A DNA stretch of 64,000 nucleotides, from the NCBI GenBank assembly GCA_963760685.1, contig CAVXEA010000002.1, positions 1,674,251 through 1,738,250 of the forward strand, written 5' to 3'. This DNA comes from an uncultured Acidobacteriota bacterium. Lineage in GTDB: Bacteria; Acidobacteriota; Vicinamibacteria; Fen-336. Of the stretch, positions 16,912 through 27,890 are shown piece by piece (within the stretch, counting starts at the first letter, position 1; each line of letters starts with the position of its first letter). Both the position numbers and the translations under genes were made by a program. The notes under the pieces were generated by a model that had not been told where the DNA came from, made no database searches, and was given only the letters and a program-made list of their open reading frames with translations.

Positions 16912-18900
16912 TCAAGGAGCGGTCGGGCTGGAGCCGCTCGTTCCCGGCAGGGCGACGGCGCGCCGGCGCAAGGTCGCGAGGCCCGCGCCCACGACGATCG
17001 ACACGATGGTCAACTGTACGAGGAGGCCGGTCAGGTCGGGATGGATCCCCATCCAGGCCACCTCCGGGAAGGAGACGGGCCGCGGAGGCAGATAGCCGGA
17101 CGCGACCAGGGCGTAGATCCCGGCCCCCGCGAAGGACACGGCCAGGGCGCACAGGAGCGCGCTCGACACCGCGAAGAAGGGGCCGAGAGGCAGACCGAGG
17201 ACGGTCCGGTTCATCACGAAGGCCACCAGGGCGACCGCCAAGAGCCCCGCGAGCGCGCCCATCCAGACGTGGGAGCGTAGCGCCGCCGACTCCAGGAGCA
17301 GGGCCTGCGTGAACAGGATGGTCTCCGCCGCCTCGCGATAGACGGCCAGGAAGGCGAGGCCCGAGAGGACGAAGAGGCTGCGCCGCGAGAGGCCGGTCTC
17401 GAGCTTGTCGTGCAGGAAGGCCATCCATTGCTTCGACTCGGCCTTGGAGATCATCCAGAAGCTCACGGAGAAGAGCACGGCGGCCGCGGTCAGCGCGATG
17501 CCCGCTTCCAGCAGCTCACGCTGATCGGCGCCGATGGCGATGGCCCGCTCGAAGAGCCACCAGGTGGCGACTCCCGCGGGCAGGGCCGCAAGCCAGCCGT
17601 AGTGGATGAAGCGAATCGCGTCTGGACGGCCCAGGCGCCGAAGACCCGCGAGCAGCGCGCCCACGAGCAGCGCGGCTTCGATGCCCTCCCGGAAGAAGAT
17701 CAAGAACGCGGCCGCGAACGGAACCAGGGGCTGACGGCCTTCGGCGATGGCCACGAGCCGGCGGTCGAGGACCTGGGCGTGGACCCGCACGCGGTCGGGG
17801 GACTGGCTCTCGGCCATGGCCGCGCGCAGGTCGCGGAAGCCGGCCTCGACCTCGAGGGTCCCGGCCGCGTCCCGGGCCGTAAGCCGCGGCTCCAGGGGCT
17901 CGAAGCCCTGAAGGTACGAGTCGATGACCAGCGCGTCGGCCTCGCGTGGCTTCTTGGCCGCGTAGGCGTCCACCGCTTGCCGCAGCATGGCCCGCGTGCG
18001 GTCGATGCCGACGCCAGTGGGGGGCTCGCTGAAGGCGGCCTCCCGCCGCACGTGCACGAGCGCGCGCTCCGGCGCCGGGTGGGACTCCTTCCTCAACTGC
18101 TCGAGGATCTCGCGGTCGGTGCGGCTCGCCATGTCGCCGAGGGTGATCGCGACGGGTCCCTCTTCCGCCTCGCCCTCGTGGGCCAGGCGAAACACGTAGA
18201 AGGCCAGGCTCCAGCGCTCGGCTGCGGTCAAGTCCTCGAACGAGGCCATGGCCGTGCCGCGGACCCCGAAGGTCAGCGTGTTGTAGATGCGGTACGGGGA
18301 CAGATCGCCCAGGCGGGCGGGGTCCTTGAACTCGGCCGGCCGAGGGTCGAGCTCGCGAGCGCGAGGCGTGTCGGCCTTGCCGTCCTCGCCATGGCACTTG
18401 GCGCACGAAGCCGAGTAGAGCTCCCGGGCTTGCGCGAGGTTGGGGCGGTCACTCGGCATCGTGCGCAGGCCGAAGCGGCCCACCACGGCCTCCCGCGCGG
18501 CGCGGCAGGCCACCGCCACCGTCGCCGGGTCGGCCTTGGTCTCGACCTTGGCCCCGACATCACGGACCAGGCTCGCGACCGCGTCACTGGCCGCAGCCTC
18601 GTTGCCCACAAGGTCGGCGGCGATGGCCTGCGCATCGGCGGCGAAGCGCAGCTGCTCCGCGTACTCCGCCTCGTTCGCGACATGGCCGTTCACGACGGCC
18701 CGCCTGTAGTCGCTGCTGATGTAGTCGACCAGGGTGACGAGCCGCTGGGCAGAACCGCCGTCCCCGGAGGCCGCCGGTGGTACAGCCCGAGTCCGGCCGG
18801 GGCAACCGGCGAGGAACACGAGGCCGGCGAGCGCCGCGAGAGGGAGTCGGACGGTATTGAAAACGACTTTCATTTTCGGCCAAAGTGTAGCATCGGCCAC
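16912..18900 (-). CDS. Fusion of a periplasmic mono-haem cytochrome c domain to an FTR1/EfeU-family high-affinity iron permease
   Basis: N-terminal lipoprotein-like signal MKVVFNTVRLPLAALAGLVFLAGC and haem site CAKCHGEDG. The C-terminal half has FTR1 REGxE motifs FREGIEAALLVGALLAGL and YREAAETILF. The start could be ATG 18873 instead of GTG 18900. Confidence 0.8.
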   Translation of the reverse strand: MADATLWPKMKVVFNTVRLPLAALAGLVFLAGCPGRTRAVPPAASGDGGSAQRLVTLVDYISSDYRRAVVNGHVANEAEYAEQLRFAADAQAIAADLVGNEAAASDAVASLVRDVGAKVETKADPATVAVACRAAREAVVGRFGLRTMPSDRPNLAQARELYSASCAKCHGEDGKADTPRARELDPRPAEFKDPARLGDLSPYRIYNTLTFGVRGTAMASFEDLTAAERWSLAFYVFRLAHEGEAEEGPVAITLGDMASRTDREILEQLRKESHPAPERALVHVRREAAFSEPPTGVGIDRTRAMLRQAVDAYAAKKPREADALVIDSYLQGFEPLEPRLTARDAAGTLEVEAGFRDLRAAMAESQSPDRVRVHAQVLDRRLVAIAEGRQPLVPFAAAFLIFFREGIEAALLVGALLAGLRRLGRPDAIRFIHYGWLAALPAGVATWWLFERAIAIGADQRELLEAGIALTAAAVLFSVSFWMISKAESKQWMAFLHDKLETGLSRRSLFVLSGLAFLAVYREAAETILFTQALLLESAALRSHVWMGALAGLLAVALVAFVMNRTVLGLPLGPFFAVSSALLCALAVSFAGAGIYALVASGYLPPRPVSFPEVAWMGIHPDLTGLLVQLTIVSIVVGAGLATLRRRAVALPGTSGSSPTAP

Positions 18901-18987
18901 AGCTCCCGGTCAATGAAGCAGGCGGCTCACTGGGTGTCGGGCTGGTGGACGGGCGCGGCTCCTGACCACCGCACGTGGCTGACTCTG

Positions 18988-21654
18988 CTACCGGAAGTTC
19001 TCGATCAGCATCAGGTCGGTGCCCTCGTTGACCTGTCGCGCATAGAGGATTGTCTTGCCGTCGGGCGCTACGGTGAGCCCACCTTGACATGCCCGATCCA
19101 GCTTTCCGAGGAGCCGCCCTCGGCCCGTCGCCGGATCCCGCAAGAAGAGGCGAGCCGGATCTTCCGGATCTCCCCGCCAGCAATCCAGGGCGTAGATCCC
19201 AGCCGGAGCGACGACAAAGGAGGTACCCACGCAGGCCGCGAGCTGTCGGGGCGGCCCTCCGGCAAGCGGCAGGGCGACGAGCGCATCGCCGGGCTTCAGG
19301 AAAAAGAGCGTCTTGCCGTCGATCGACTCGTTTGGAAGACCGCCGCCCTCTCGAGCCACGCGCTCCTCGGCCCCTCCCGTGACCGGGATCCGAGAAAGGC
19401 CCCAAGAGTCTCCTTCGGAGGGGGAGCCCTCCCGTCGGGCTGCAAAATAGATGAAGCGGCCGTCGCGCGACCAGCTTGGGTCGCGCTCGTCGCCGGGGTT
19501 CTGCGTCAGTCGCCGCAGCAGGGCCCCGTCGGCATCGATCGTCCAGATGTCGTAGCCGCCCTCCTCGGACAGGGCGTCGAAGGCGATACGCCGGCCATCC
19601 GGTGACCAGCGAGGCGCCTCTTGAAGGAGCCCCGGCCCCTGGGTGAGCCGCTTCGGGCTCGAGCCATCGGCCTCGGCCAGCCAGATCTCGTGATCACCGG
19701 TGCGCTCGGACTCGAAGACCACCTGCCGGCCGTCCGGCGAGAACTGGGGGTTGACGTCCCTGGAGGTCGAGATGATCACGGGTTCGACGGGGCGCCCGAC
19801 CTCGAACCGGTAGATGTCCGAATCGTCTTGGTGCTTCACGAACACGAGGCGGTCGCGCGAGGCCGCTACGGCAGGGCGAATCGCACCAAAGCCCGCGATC
19901 TCGACGGGCTGCGCCGCGCGGTCTCCCGTGATCTCGACCCGCCACAGGCGCTGGCTCCCCAACTGCACGTAGAGGAGGGACTTCCCGTCGCGGGTCCAGG
20001 AATAGCCTCCGTCCGGGTCGATCGGCAGTCGCGTGACGCGCCTAGGCGCTCCGGTCGGCGCGTAGTCGGCGCCCAGCTCGACGACAGCGATATATTGCGA
20101 GATGCCGGAGCCGGGCAGATACGCCAGGTGATGTCCATCCGGGGAGAATTTCGGGTACCAGGGCCAGGGGTCTGCGCCCTCCTGCGGGATTCGGAGGGCC
20201 CGGGGCTCGCCGCCATTGACCGGCAGGAGGTAGACACCGCCGGACCCGGGCGGATCTGTGTCCGTCCCTTTCAGGAAGCGGTTACGGCACACGGCGAGCC
20301 AACGACTGTCGGGAGACCAGGAGGGCGCGCCCCAGGCGAGGGGAAAATCGGTGAGCTTCCGCTCCGACCCGGCGATGGGTGAGATCAAGTGGATCCTTCC
20401 GCGGTCCGGACCGAAACGAACGAAGGCGATCTGCTTTCCGTCGGGAGACCAGCTCGGCATGATGTCCCTCGCGGGGTCCGTCGTGAGTCGACGCATCGCC
20501 GGCGACCCGATCGCCTTGATGTAGATGTCGTAGTTGTCCAGCTTCTCGCCGTTCCAGGTGAACGCTACCTGCTCGCCGTCCGGCGAAAGCGATCCGCTGG
20601 CCTCGTCGCCGCGCATCGAGGTCAGCGGGGGCGCCAGCCGTGGCGGTTCCCGCAGGACCTCAGGGGACCGTCGCCACGTCCAGATCACCGCAGGCAGCAC
20701 CCCCGCGATGACGAGGACTGCCGCCCACCAGAGCCGACGCTTCGAACGAGCCGGCAGCGCCGCCGCCGCGGCGGGCCCCGTTGCCGAGTCTTCCTTGATC
20801 TGCTCCAGCTCGAGCTTCGCGTCGAGCATGTGCTGAAAGCGCCGCTCCGGCTCCTTCCGCAGGCAACGCTGGATCAGCCGGTCCAGCTCCTTGGGCAGGT
20901 CCGGCACCACCTCGCTCGGCGCCTTCGGCTGCTCCTTCATCAAGGCCGCCAGGACCTCGGCCGTCGAGCCCCCCGCAAACGCTCGCCGTCCCGTTGCCAT
21001 CTCGTAGAGCACCGCTCCGAAGCTGAACACGTCGCTGCGGGCATCCACGGTCCCGCCCGCGGCCTGTTCCGGCGACATGTACCCGATCGTTCCCGCCATC
21101 GTTCCCGGCCGGCTCAGCGGGCCTCGTGCCCCGTCATCCGTCGCCGTCTCGCTCTTCAGGCTCGTTTCCGTCGTCGCCACGAGCTTGGCCAGGCCAAAGT
21201 CGAAGACCTTGACCGTTCCTTCGGCCCCGACCATCACGTTCGAGGGCTTGAGATCGCGGTGGACGATGCCGGCGGCATGGGCGCGGGCCAGGGCGTCCGC
21301 CATGGGGATCGCCACCCGCAGGACCTGTTCGAGACGCATCCCTTGGCGCGGGATCGCCTGGTCCAGCGTCTTGCCGGCCACGTACTCCATGACGATGAAG
21401 TCGATGCCCTCCACGGAGTCGACCTCGTGGACGGTCACGATGTTGGGATGGTTGAGGGCGGAGGCGGCCCGGGCCTCATGGATGAAGCGCCGGCGGCGGT
21501 CTTCGTCCGCCATACGGTCGGCGGGCAGGACCTTGATCGCGACCTCCCGGTTCAGCCGTGGATCGCGCGCGCGATAGACCTCACCCATTCCCCCCGCGCC
21601 CAGCAGGGAGAGAACCTCGTAAGGCCCGAGCTTCGAGCCGGGTGAGATCGCCAA
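18988..21654 (-). CDS. Ser/Thr protein kinase with one TM helix and C-terminal TolB-like PD40 beta-propeller (paralog 1, intact)
   Basis: Kinase subdomains [33 protein letters not shown] and [10 protein letters not shown] are present. A TM helix LWWAAVLVIAGVLPAVIWTW follows. Repeated FSPDG/WSPDG PD40 blades end in ..DLMLIENFR*. TTG start. Confidence 0.9.
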   Translation of the reverse strand: MAISPGSKLGPYEVLSLLGAGGMGEVYRARDPRLNREVAIKVLPADRMADEDRRRRFIHEARAASALNHPNIVTVHEVDSVEGIDFIVMEYVAGKTLDQAIPRQGMRLEQVLRVAIPMADALARAHAAGIVHRDLKPSNVMVGAEGTVKVFDFGLAKLVATTETSLKSETATDDGARGPLSRPGTMAGTIGYMSPEQAAGGTVDARSDVFSFGAVLYEMATGRRAFAGGSTAEVLAALMKEQPKAPSEVVPDLPKELDRLIQRCLRKEPERRFQHMLDAKLELEQIKEDSATGPAAAAALPARSKRRLWWAAVLVIAGVLPAVIWTWRRSPEVLREPPRLAPPLTSMRGDEASGSLSPDGEQVAFTWNGEKLDNYDIYIKAIGSPAMRRLTTDPARDIMPSWSPDGKQIAFVRFGPDRGRIHLISPIAGSERKLTDFPLAWGAPSWSPDSRWLAVCRNRFLKGTDTDPPGSGGVYLLPVNGGEPRALRIPQEGADPWPWYPKFSPDGHHLAYLPGSGISQYIAVVELGADYAPTGAPRRVTRLPIDPDGGYSWTRDGKSLLYVQLGSQRLWRVEITGDRAAQPVEIAGFGAIRPAVAASRDRLVFVKHQDDSDIYRFEVGRPVEPVIISTSRDVNPQFSPDGRQVVFESERTGDHEIWLAEADGSSPKRLTQGPGLLQEAPRWSPDGRRIAFDALSEEGGYDIWTIDADGALLRRLTQNPGDERDPSWSRDGRFIYFAARREGSPSEGDSWGLSRIPVTGGAEERVAREGGGLPNESIDGKTLFFLKPGDALVALPLAGGPPRQLAACVGTSFVVAPAGIYALDCWRGDPEDPARLFLRDPATGRGRLLGKLDRACQGGLTVAPDGKTILYARQVNEGTDLMLIENFR

Positions 21655-21709
21655 GGTGTCCGCTTCGGGCGGATTGTAGCAGGGCGCCCGACGGGCTGAG
21701 CCGAGACCG

Positions 21710-24345
21710 CTACCGGAAGTTCTCGATCATCATCAGGTCGGCGCCCTCGCCCACGATCTTCGTGAAGAGGATCACCTTTCCGTCGGGCGATACGCTGAGC
21801 CCCGCGCCCTGCGCTCCTCCCAGGTCTCCGAGGAGCCGCCCTTGGCCCGTCGCCGGATCGCGCACGAAGAGGGCCGATGGCCCGAATGGCCCGTTCGAGC
21901 ATTCCTCGGAATAGAGGCCCGCCGGAACCACGGCGAATGTCCACACGCACTTTGCGACCTCGCGTTCCGGCCCCCCGGCCAGCGGCAGGGCGAGCAGGGG
22001 CGAAGCGTCGAAGCGCCTCATGAAGAAGAGCGTCTTGCCGTCCACCGACTCGAGGGAGAGAAAGCCCCCCTCATGGGTCACCCGTTCCGCCTCCCCTCCC
22101 GCCGCAGGAGCCCGCCACACGTCCGAAGGGCCGCCGGCCAGACGGGCGAAGTAGACGTAACGCCCGTCACGTGACCAGCTCGGCACGGTGTCGTCGCCGG
22201 GACCCTGCGTCAGCCGACGCGGCGAGCCGCCCTCGACATCGATCGTCCAGATCCCGAACCGCCCATCCTCGCCCAGGGAGTCGAAAACGATACGGCGGCC
22301 ATCCGGCGACCACTGCGGCGCCCCTTGGTGAAGCCCCGGCCCGTGCGTGAGCGGGTGCGGCCCGGAGCCATCGGCTCTGGCGAGCCAGATCTCGTCCCCT
22401 TGGCCGGAGCGTTCCGTCTCGAAGGCGACCCTCTGCCCGTCCGGCGAGAGCTGGGCATTGAAGTCCGCGAACGTGGAGGCCAGGACCGGCACGGCCGGGC
22501 GGCCGGGCTCGAACCGGTACACGTCGTTGCTCGTCAACGCCTGCGAGAAAACGAGGCGGTCGGGGGCGATCGCCGGATGTTCAGCACGCAAGCCGGCCAG
22601 CTCGATGGGTGTCGGAGGCTCGTTTCCCAAGGACCCGACGCGCCAGAGCCTGCGGATCAGGTAATCGACGAAGAGCAAGGACTTCCCGTCGCGGGTCCAG
22701 CCGAGGTCCCCGAAGGGGTAGACGGGCCGAGGGCTGAGGCGCTTCTGCGGTCCTTTGGGCACGAAGTCGGCGCCGACCTCGACCACTTCGAGATAGCACG
22801 CCGAGATGCCGACGCAGGACTCGTAGGCCAGGTAGCGTCCGTCCGGAGAGAACTTGGGGTTGTAGGGCTCACGGATTCCTTCCGGGAGGGGCAGGAGACG
22901 AGGCTCACCGCTCTCCACGGGGACGAGGTAGAGACCGTCGGACCGGGGCCCACGCATCGGCCCCAGGCCCAGGTCGGGACGGGCGTGCGCGGCGACCAGC
23001 CCGCGACCGTCGGGGGACCACGCCAGCTTCCCCGTCGGCGAAGAAGTCGCTCACCTTGCGGTCGGCCCCCCCCAGGGGCGAAATGAGGCGGATCGTGGTG
23101 GTGAAGTCAGGCAAGACGGTACGAAGGAAGGCGATCTGCCGACCGTCGGGAGACCAGCTCGGCATGCCATCAAGCCCGGGATCCGTGGTTAGGCGCAGCA
23201 CCTCCGGTGACCCGATCGTCGTGACGTAGACGTCCATATTGCTCTGCTGTTCGCCGTTCCACACGAATGCCACCTGCTTGCCGTCCGGGGACAAGGCGGG
23301 GAAAGCCTCGAAGCCACGTGTGCTCGTGAGCGACACGACCCGCATCGGCGGAGGTGCGGGTCGCGTCAGCAGCCACGCCGCCGCGGCCGTCAGCAGGAGC
23401 CCGACGACACCCGCCACCAGCCAGGCGCACGCGTCGAGCGGGCCGCCACCGGCGCCGCGGTGCGTCCCGGTCTCCGACTCTTCCTTGATCTGCTCGAGCT
23501 CGAGCTTCGCGTCCAGCATGTGCTGGAAGCGGCGCTCCGGCTCCTTGCGCAGGCAACGCTGGATCAGCCGGTCCAGCTCCTTCGGCAGATCCGGCACCAC
23601 TTCGCTGGGCGCCTTTGGCTGCTCCTTCATCAAAGCGGCCAGGACCTCTGCCGTCGAGCCGCCGGCAAAGGCTCGCCGCCCGGTGGCCATCTCGTAGAGC
23701 AGCGCCCCGAAGCTGAACACGTCGCTCCGAGTGTCCACGTTTCCGCCCGTCGCTTGCTCCGGCGACATGTAGCCGATCGTCCCCGCCACGGTGCCCGGCT
23801 GGCTCAGCGGGCCCCTCATTCCATCGTCCGTCGAGGTCTCGCTCTTCAGGCTCGCTTCCCGGGACGTGAGGAGCTTGGCCAGGCCGAAGTCCAGGACCTT
23901 CACCGCTCCTTCGGCCCCCACCATCACGTTCGCGGGCTTGAGGTCGCGGTGGACGATGCCTGCGGCATGAGCACGGGCCAGCGCATCCGCGATGGGAATC
24001 GCCACCTTCAAGACCTGATCGAGACGCATCCCCTGTCGCGGGATGGCGTCGGCTAGCGTCTTGCCCGCCACGTATTCCATGACGATGAAATCGACGCCAC
24101 CCACGGAATCGACTTCGTGGACGGTCACGATGTTGGGGTGGTTGAGGTGCGGAAGCGGCCCGAGCTTCCTGGATGAAGCGCCGCCGACGTTCTTCGTCGG
24201 CCATGCGGTCGGGCGGAAGCATCTTGATCGCCACCTCCCGGTCGAGCCGGGGGTCGCGCGCGCGATAGACCTCGCCCATCCCTCCCACACCCAGCAGGGA
24301 GAGAATCTCGTAGGGCCCGAGCTTCGAGCCGGAGGTCAGGGCCAT
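21710..24345 (-). CDS. Ser/Thr kinase–PD40 beta-propeller paralog 2; two 1-nt frame breaks (about 24150 and 23030), probably sequencing indels and not a true pseudogene
   Basis: N-terminus [32 protein letters not shown] runs in ORF 23170..24345. The kinase and TM part are in ORF 22905..24290, and the propeller in ORF 21710..22957. The breaks sit at gcacctcaac and a gggg run. Frame-corrected translation is collinear with paralogs 1 and 3. Confidence 0.75.
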
Positions 24346-24456
24346 GGTGCTTGATGACAGTAGACCGATTGTAGGGCAGAAGCGACTGAAACCGCTCGCC
24401 TCGCCCGGCCCTCATCTTCGACCCGCCCTGCACGGCCGTCGTTTTGTCCGGGAGGC

Positions 24457-27400
24457 TCAGAACGTCAGGCGGATTCCCAACTGTATCGTCCTCGGGTCGC
24501 GGGCCTTCGTGAGCTGCCCGAAGTTGCCCGGGGGCGTGGCGCTCGTGATCTTCGTCGCCGTGGCGGCGTCACCGGTATCGAACACGACGTGCTCCGCGTC
24601 GTAGCTCGTGTTCAGGGAGTACCCCAGGAAGTTGACAGTGTCGAAGACGTTGAACACCTCGAAGCGGAGCTGGAGCTTCAGCCTCGAGCCGAGCTTGATG
24701 TTCTTGTAGAGCGAGGCATCCGCCTGGAACAAGCCCGGGCCGTTGCAGATGTTGCGACCGGCGCTGCCGTTCGTGCCGATCGAGAAGCCGTTGAGCGTGA
24801 AGGCGGCCGGGTTGAGCCATTGCTGGTCATTCGCGGTGCTCACCGTGCAGGGCTGGCTCACGACCCGGTTCGGTGTCTGCAGCTGGGAAAATCCCGTGCC
24901 CCCGGGGCCATAGAGCCCCGTGACCGATGCCCCGACCGTGACGGGGTAGCCGGAGCCCGCCTGGACGATGGTGGTGAACTCCCAGTCGCCGAGCAGGTTT
25001 CTCACGAATCGCGATTTGTCTTGAAATGTCGGCAGGGCCAGGACGAGGCTCGCGCTGAACATGTGGGTGCGATCATTGGCGCCTCGCGCGCGGTTGAGGC
25101 CCGGTTGGGTGCTGTCGGTGTAGAGGAGACCCGAGTCGATCCCCCCGCTGGCGGTGTCCCAGCTCGGTGGTCATGAGCTTGGACCAGGTGTAGGCGAGCG
25201 CGAGCACCGACCCGTGACCGAAGCGGCTCGTGAGAGCGGCCTGCAGGCCGTGGTAGATCGAGCTGCGGTCGTGCTGCCAGAGAGCGAGGTCGTTGCCGCC
25301 GATGCCGGTGATTCCGTTGAGCGGCCGCAGGGCCGCGTCTCCGGTGCGCGCGTAGGCCAGGCGGCTCTCAGGGCGGCACTTCGTTCAGGTTGGTCTGTCC
25401 CTGGAGCCCAAGGCCACGGCTACCCACGTAGGCCAGCTCCACCAGGGTGTTGCGGAAGAGCTCTCGCTCGACCGTCAGGTTCCACTGCCAGTAGTGGGCG
25501 TTCCCTTCCGTCAGCTCCAGGGCCCCGCCGGGCGCCCCGTAGGCGGAGGCTGCGCCCCCGACCTCGGGCGCGGAGTCGAGCGTGCGAGGGAGCGCGGCGA
25601 AGCCCGAGAACGGCGGGTTCTGGCCCATGTCCAGCCCGGGGTTCACGCGCTCGCGCTCGTAGAAAAGGCCCACGCCGCCGCGGATCGCCGTCTTGCCGTC
25701 GCCCGTGACCTTCCACGCGACCCCGAGACGCGGGGCGGCCCACAGGGACCGGACGGGCACGAGACTTCGGGTGACGGCGTCACTCCCACCTTGAAGACCC
25801 AGTGCCGGACAGGGGTTCGTTCCAGGCGGGTACTCCATCCCGTTGCAGGGAGAGTTCCCGAGGGCGGCGTCGACGGCGGCCGGGGCAAAGGTCGCCTGCT
25901 GGTCGTCGGCCATCCAGGGCGGTTCCAGGTGGCTGAAGCGCAGGCCGAAATCCACCGTCACCCGGGGAGCGACCTTGTACGAGTCCGCCACGTAGAACTC
26001 GAGGTCCCGCCAGCGCTGGCTGACATTCCTGATCGTCTTGGACTCGCGCGTGCGATAGACGGTGTCCCGCAGCAGCAGGTCCGCTATGGGATTGCCGCTC
26101 GTGCGGCCGGGCAGGAAACCGGTGGGGGTGCGATAACCGATTGGGTTCAAGAACACCACCGACTCGAAGGTGGCGGGTCCCGCCTCCTCGTTCTTGGCAT
26201 TCGTGCTCAAGAACAGCCCTGCCTTCAGGAAGTGTCGGCCGAAGACGGCCGAGAAATCGTCCTTCAAGACGTACAGGCTCTGGTTGTTCTTCCACGGGGC
26301 GAAGTTCGCGAGGCGGCCGTATGGCCCGGCTCCAAGCAGAAGGCCGGGCTGGGCCGTGCCGCCATGCTCCTTGACGCTTGGCGGGTAGATCGTGGGCAAC
26401 ACGTCGTTGACCTGGTCGACCGCGGCTGCGTCCCCCGTCCGGACGGCGGTGATCACGTTGGCCGAGTACGAGAACGTCAGGGTGTTCGTCATTTTCGACC
26501 CGAAGGTCCGATTGAGCTGGGCCACGAGCGATCGGCTCGGCTGGTCGACGTCTGAGCCGACGACCGACGTTGCAGAGTCCCCCAACAGGAGCGTGTCGTC
26601 GGCCTTCCAGTTGTCCCGGGTGTAACGAACCATCACGCGGGTGCTGTTGCTGATGTTCCAGTCCACCCGGGCGTTGATCTGGTCCCAGTCGATGGGCGTG
26701 GGCACGGCCCGGACGTAGTTGTTGCACCCCGAGCTCGGCGTGCCGTTCGGGACCTGGTAGAGCCTGAGCAACGCGAGCCCGGCCGGGCTGATGCGGTCTG
26801 CGGGGATCACGTTCCCGGGGAACGCCTGGCCCGTGAGCGGATCGACCGGGGCCTCTGGTGTGCAGTCTCCGAGAGGCGCCCCGCTGAAATCCCCAGCCCT
26901 CTCGGCCGCGGTGGGCACGGGCCCGGTGCGCACGTCGCTGCGATGGTCCATGTTGTTCTCGTAGGAGAGGAAGAAGTGAAGCTTGTCCTTGACGATCGGC
27001 CCGCCGAAGGTCGCGCCGAAGTCGTCCCACTTCAGGGGCGCCCCGGGAAGGCCGGCCTGCTTCAGGAAATAGTCGGTCGAGTTCCAGGAGTCGCGGCGGG
27101 CGAAGTAGTACGCGCTGCCGTGGAACGTGTTGGTCCCGCCGCGCGTGACGACGTTGACCTGCGCACCGCCGGCCTGGCCGAACTCGGCGCCGTAGTTGTT
27201 GCGCTGGATCTTGAACTCCTCGATGGCGTCGACCGAAGGGTAGACGAGGATGGTGCGGTTGGACCCGTGGTCCACGTTGTCCGCCCCGTCCACCAGCCAC
27301 ATGTTGGACGTGGTCGAGCCGCCGCTCACCGAGATGTCCGCGCCGCCCAGGAGCCCCTTGTTCACGGTGTTGAGCCCTTCGGTCGGCGTCACGCCGGGCT

Positions 27401-27872
27401 GAAGAAGGGTGAGCTGCAGGAAATTGCGACCGTTGAGCGGCAGCTCGCGCACCTGGTCGCCGCTCACGAGGCCGGCGACCTCGGCGCCCACCGTCTTCAC
27501 CGAGTACGCGCTGTCCTCGACGCTTACCGTCTCGCTGATCTCGCCGGTCGAGAGCTGGAGGTTCACCTCGCGCACGTCGGCGACGTTGACGACGATCCCG
27601 GTCCGTGCCGCCGACTTGAACCCCGCGAAAGCGACCTCGACCTCATAGGTCCCCACGGGCAGATCGGCGAAGGAGTAGTTCCCGGCCTCGTTGGTCGCGG
27701 CTGTTCGGGCGAGGCCTGTCTCTTCGTTTCTCAGGGTGACCTTCGCCCCCACGATCACGGCGTGGCTCGGATCGGTCACGGTGCCGCGGATCGCAGCCGT
27801 GAACCTCTGGGCGAGGGCAGGCCCAGCCAGCAGCAAGAGGAGCGCGGTCAGTGACAGCCTCTGCCTGGACAT
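24457..27872 (-). CDS. TonB-dependent receptor-like outer-membrane protein with N-terminal carboxypeptidase-regulatory-like domain (Acidobacterial type); two frame breaks near 25365 and 25150
   Basis: Signal peptide MSRQRLSLTALLLLLAGPALAQ, then the CarboxypepD_reg domain (TVTDPSHAVIVGAKVTLRNEETGLARTAATNEAGNYSFADLPVGTYEVEV). A plug and barrel follow. The C-terminal piece (ORF 24457..25062) ends ..RTIQLGIRLTF* with a terminal aromatic residue. About 1138 aa once the ccc and gggggg homopolymer breaks are bridged. A GGAGG SD precedes the start. Confidence 0.8.
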
Positions 27873-27890
27873 GGGTCTTCCTCCCTCGGC

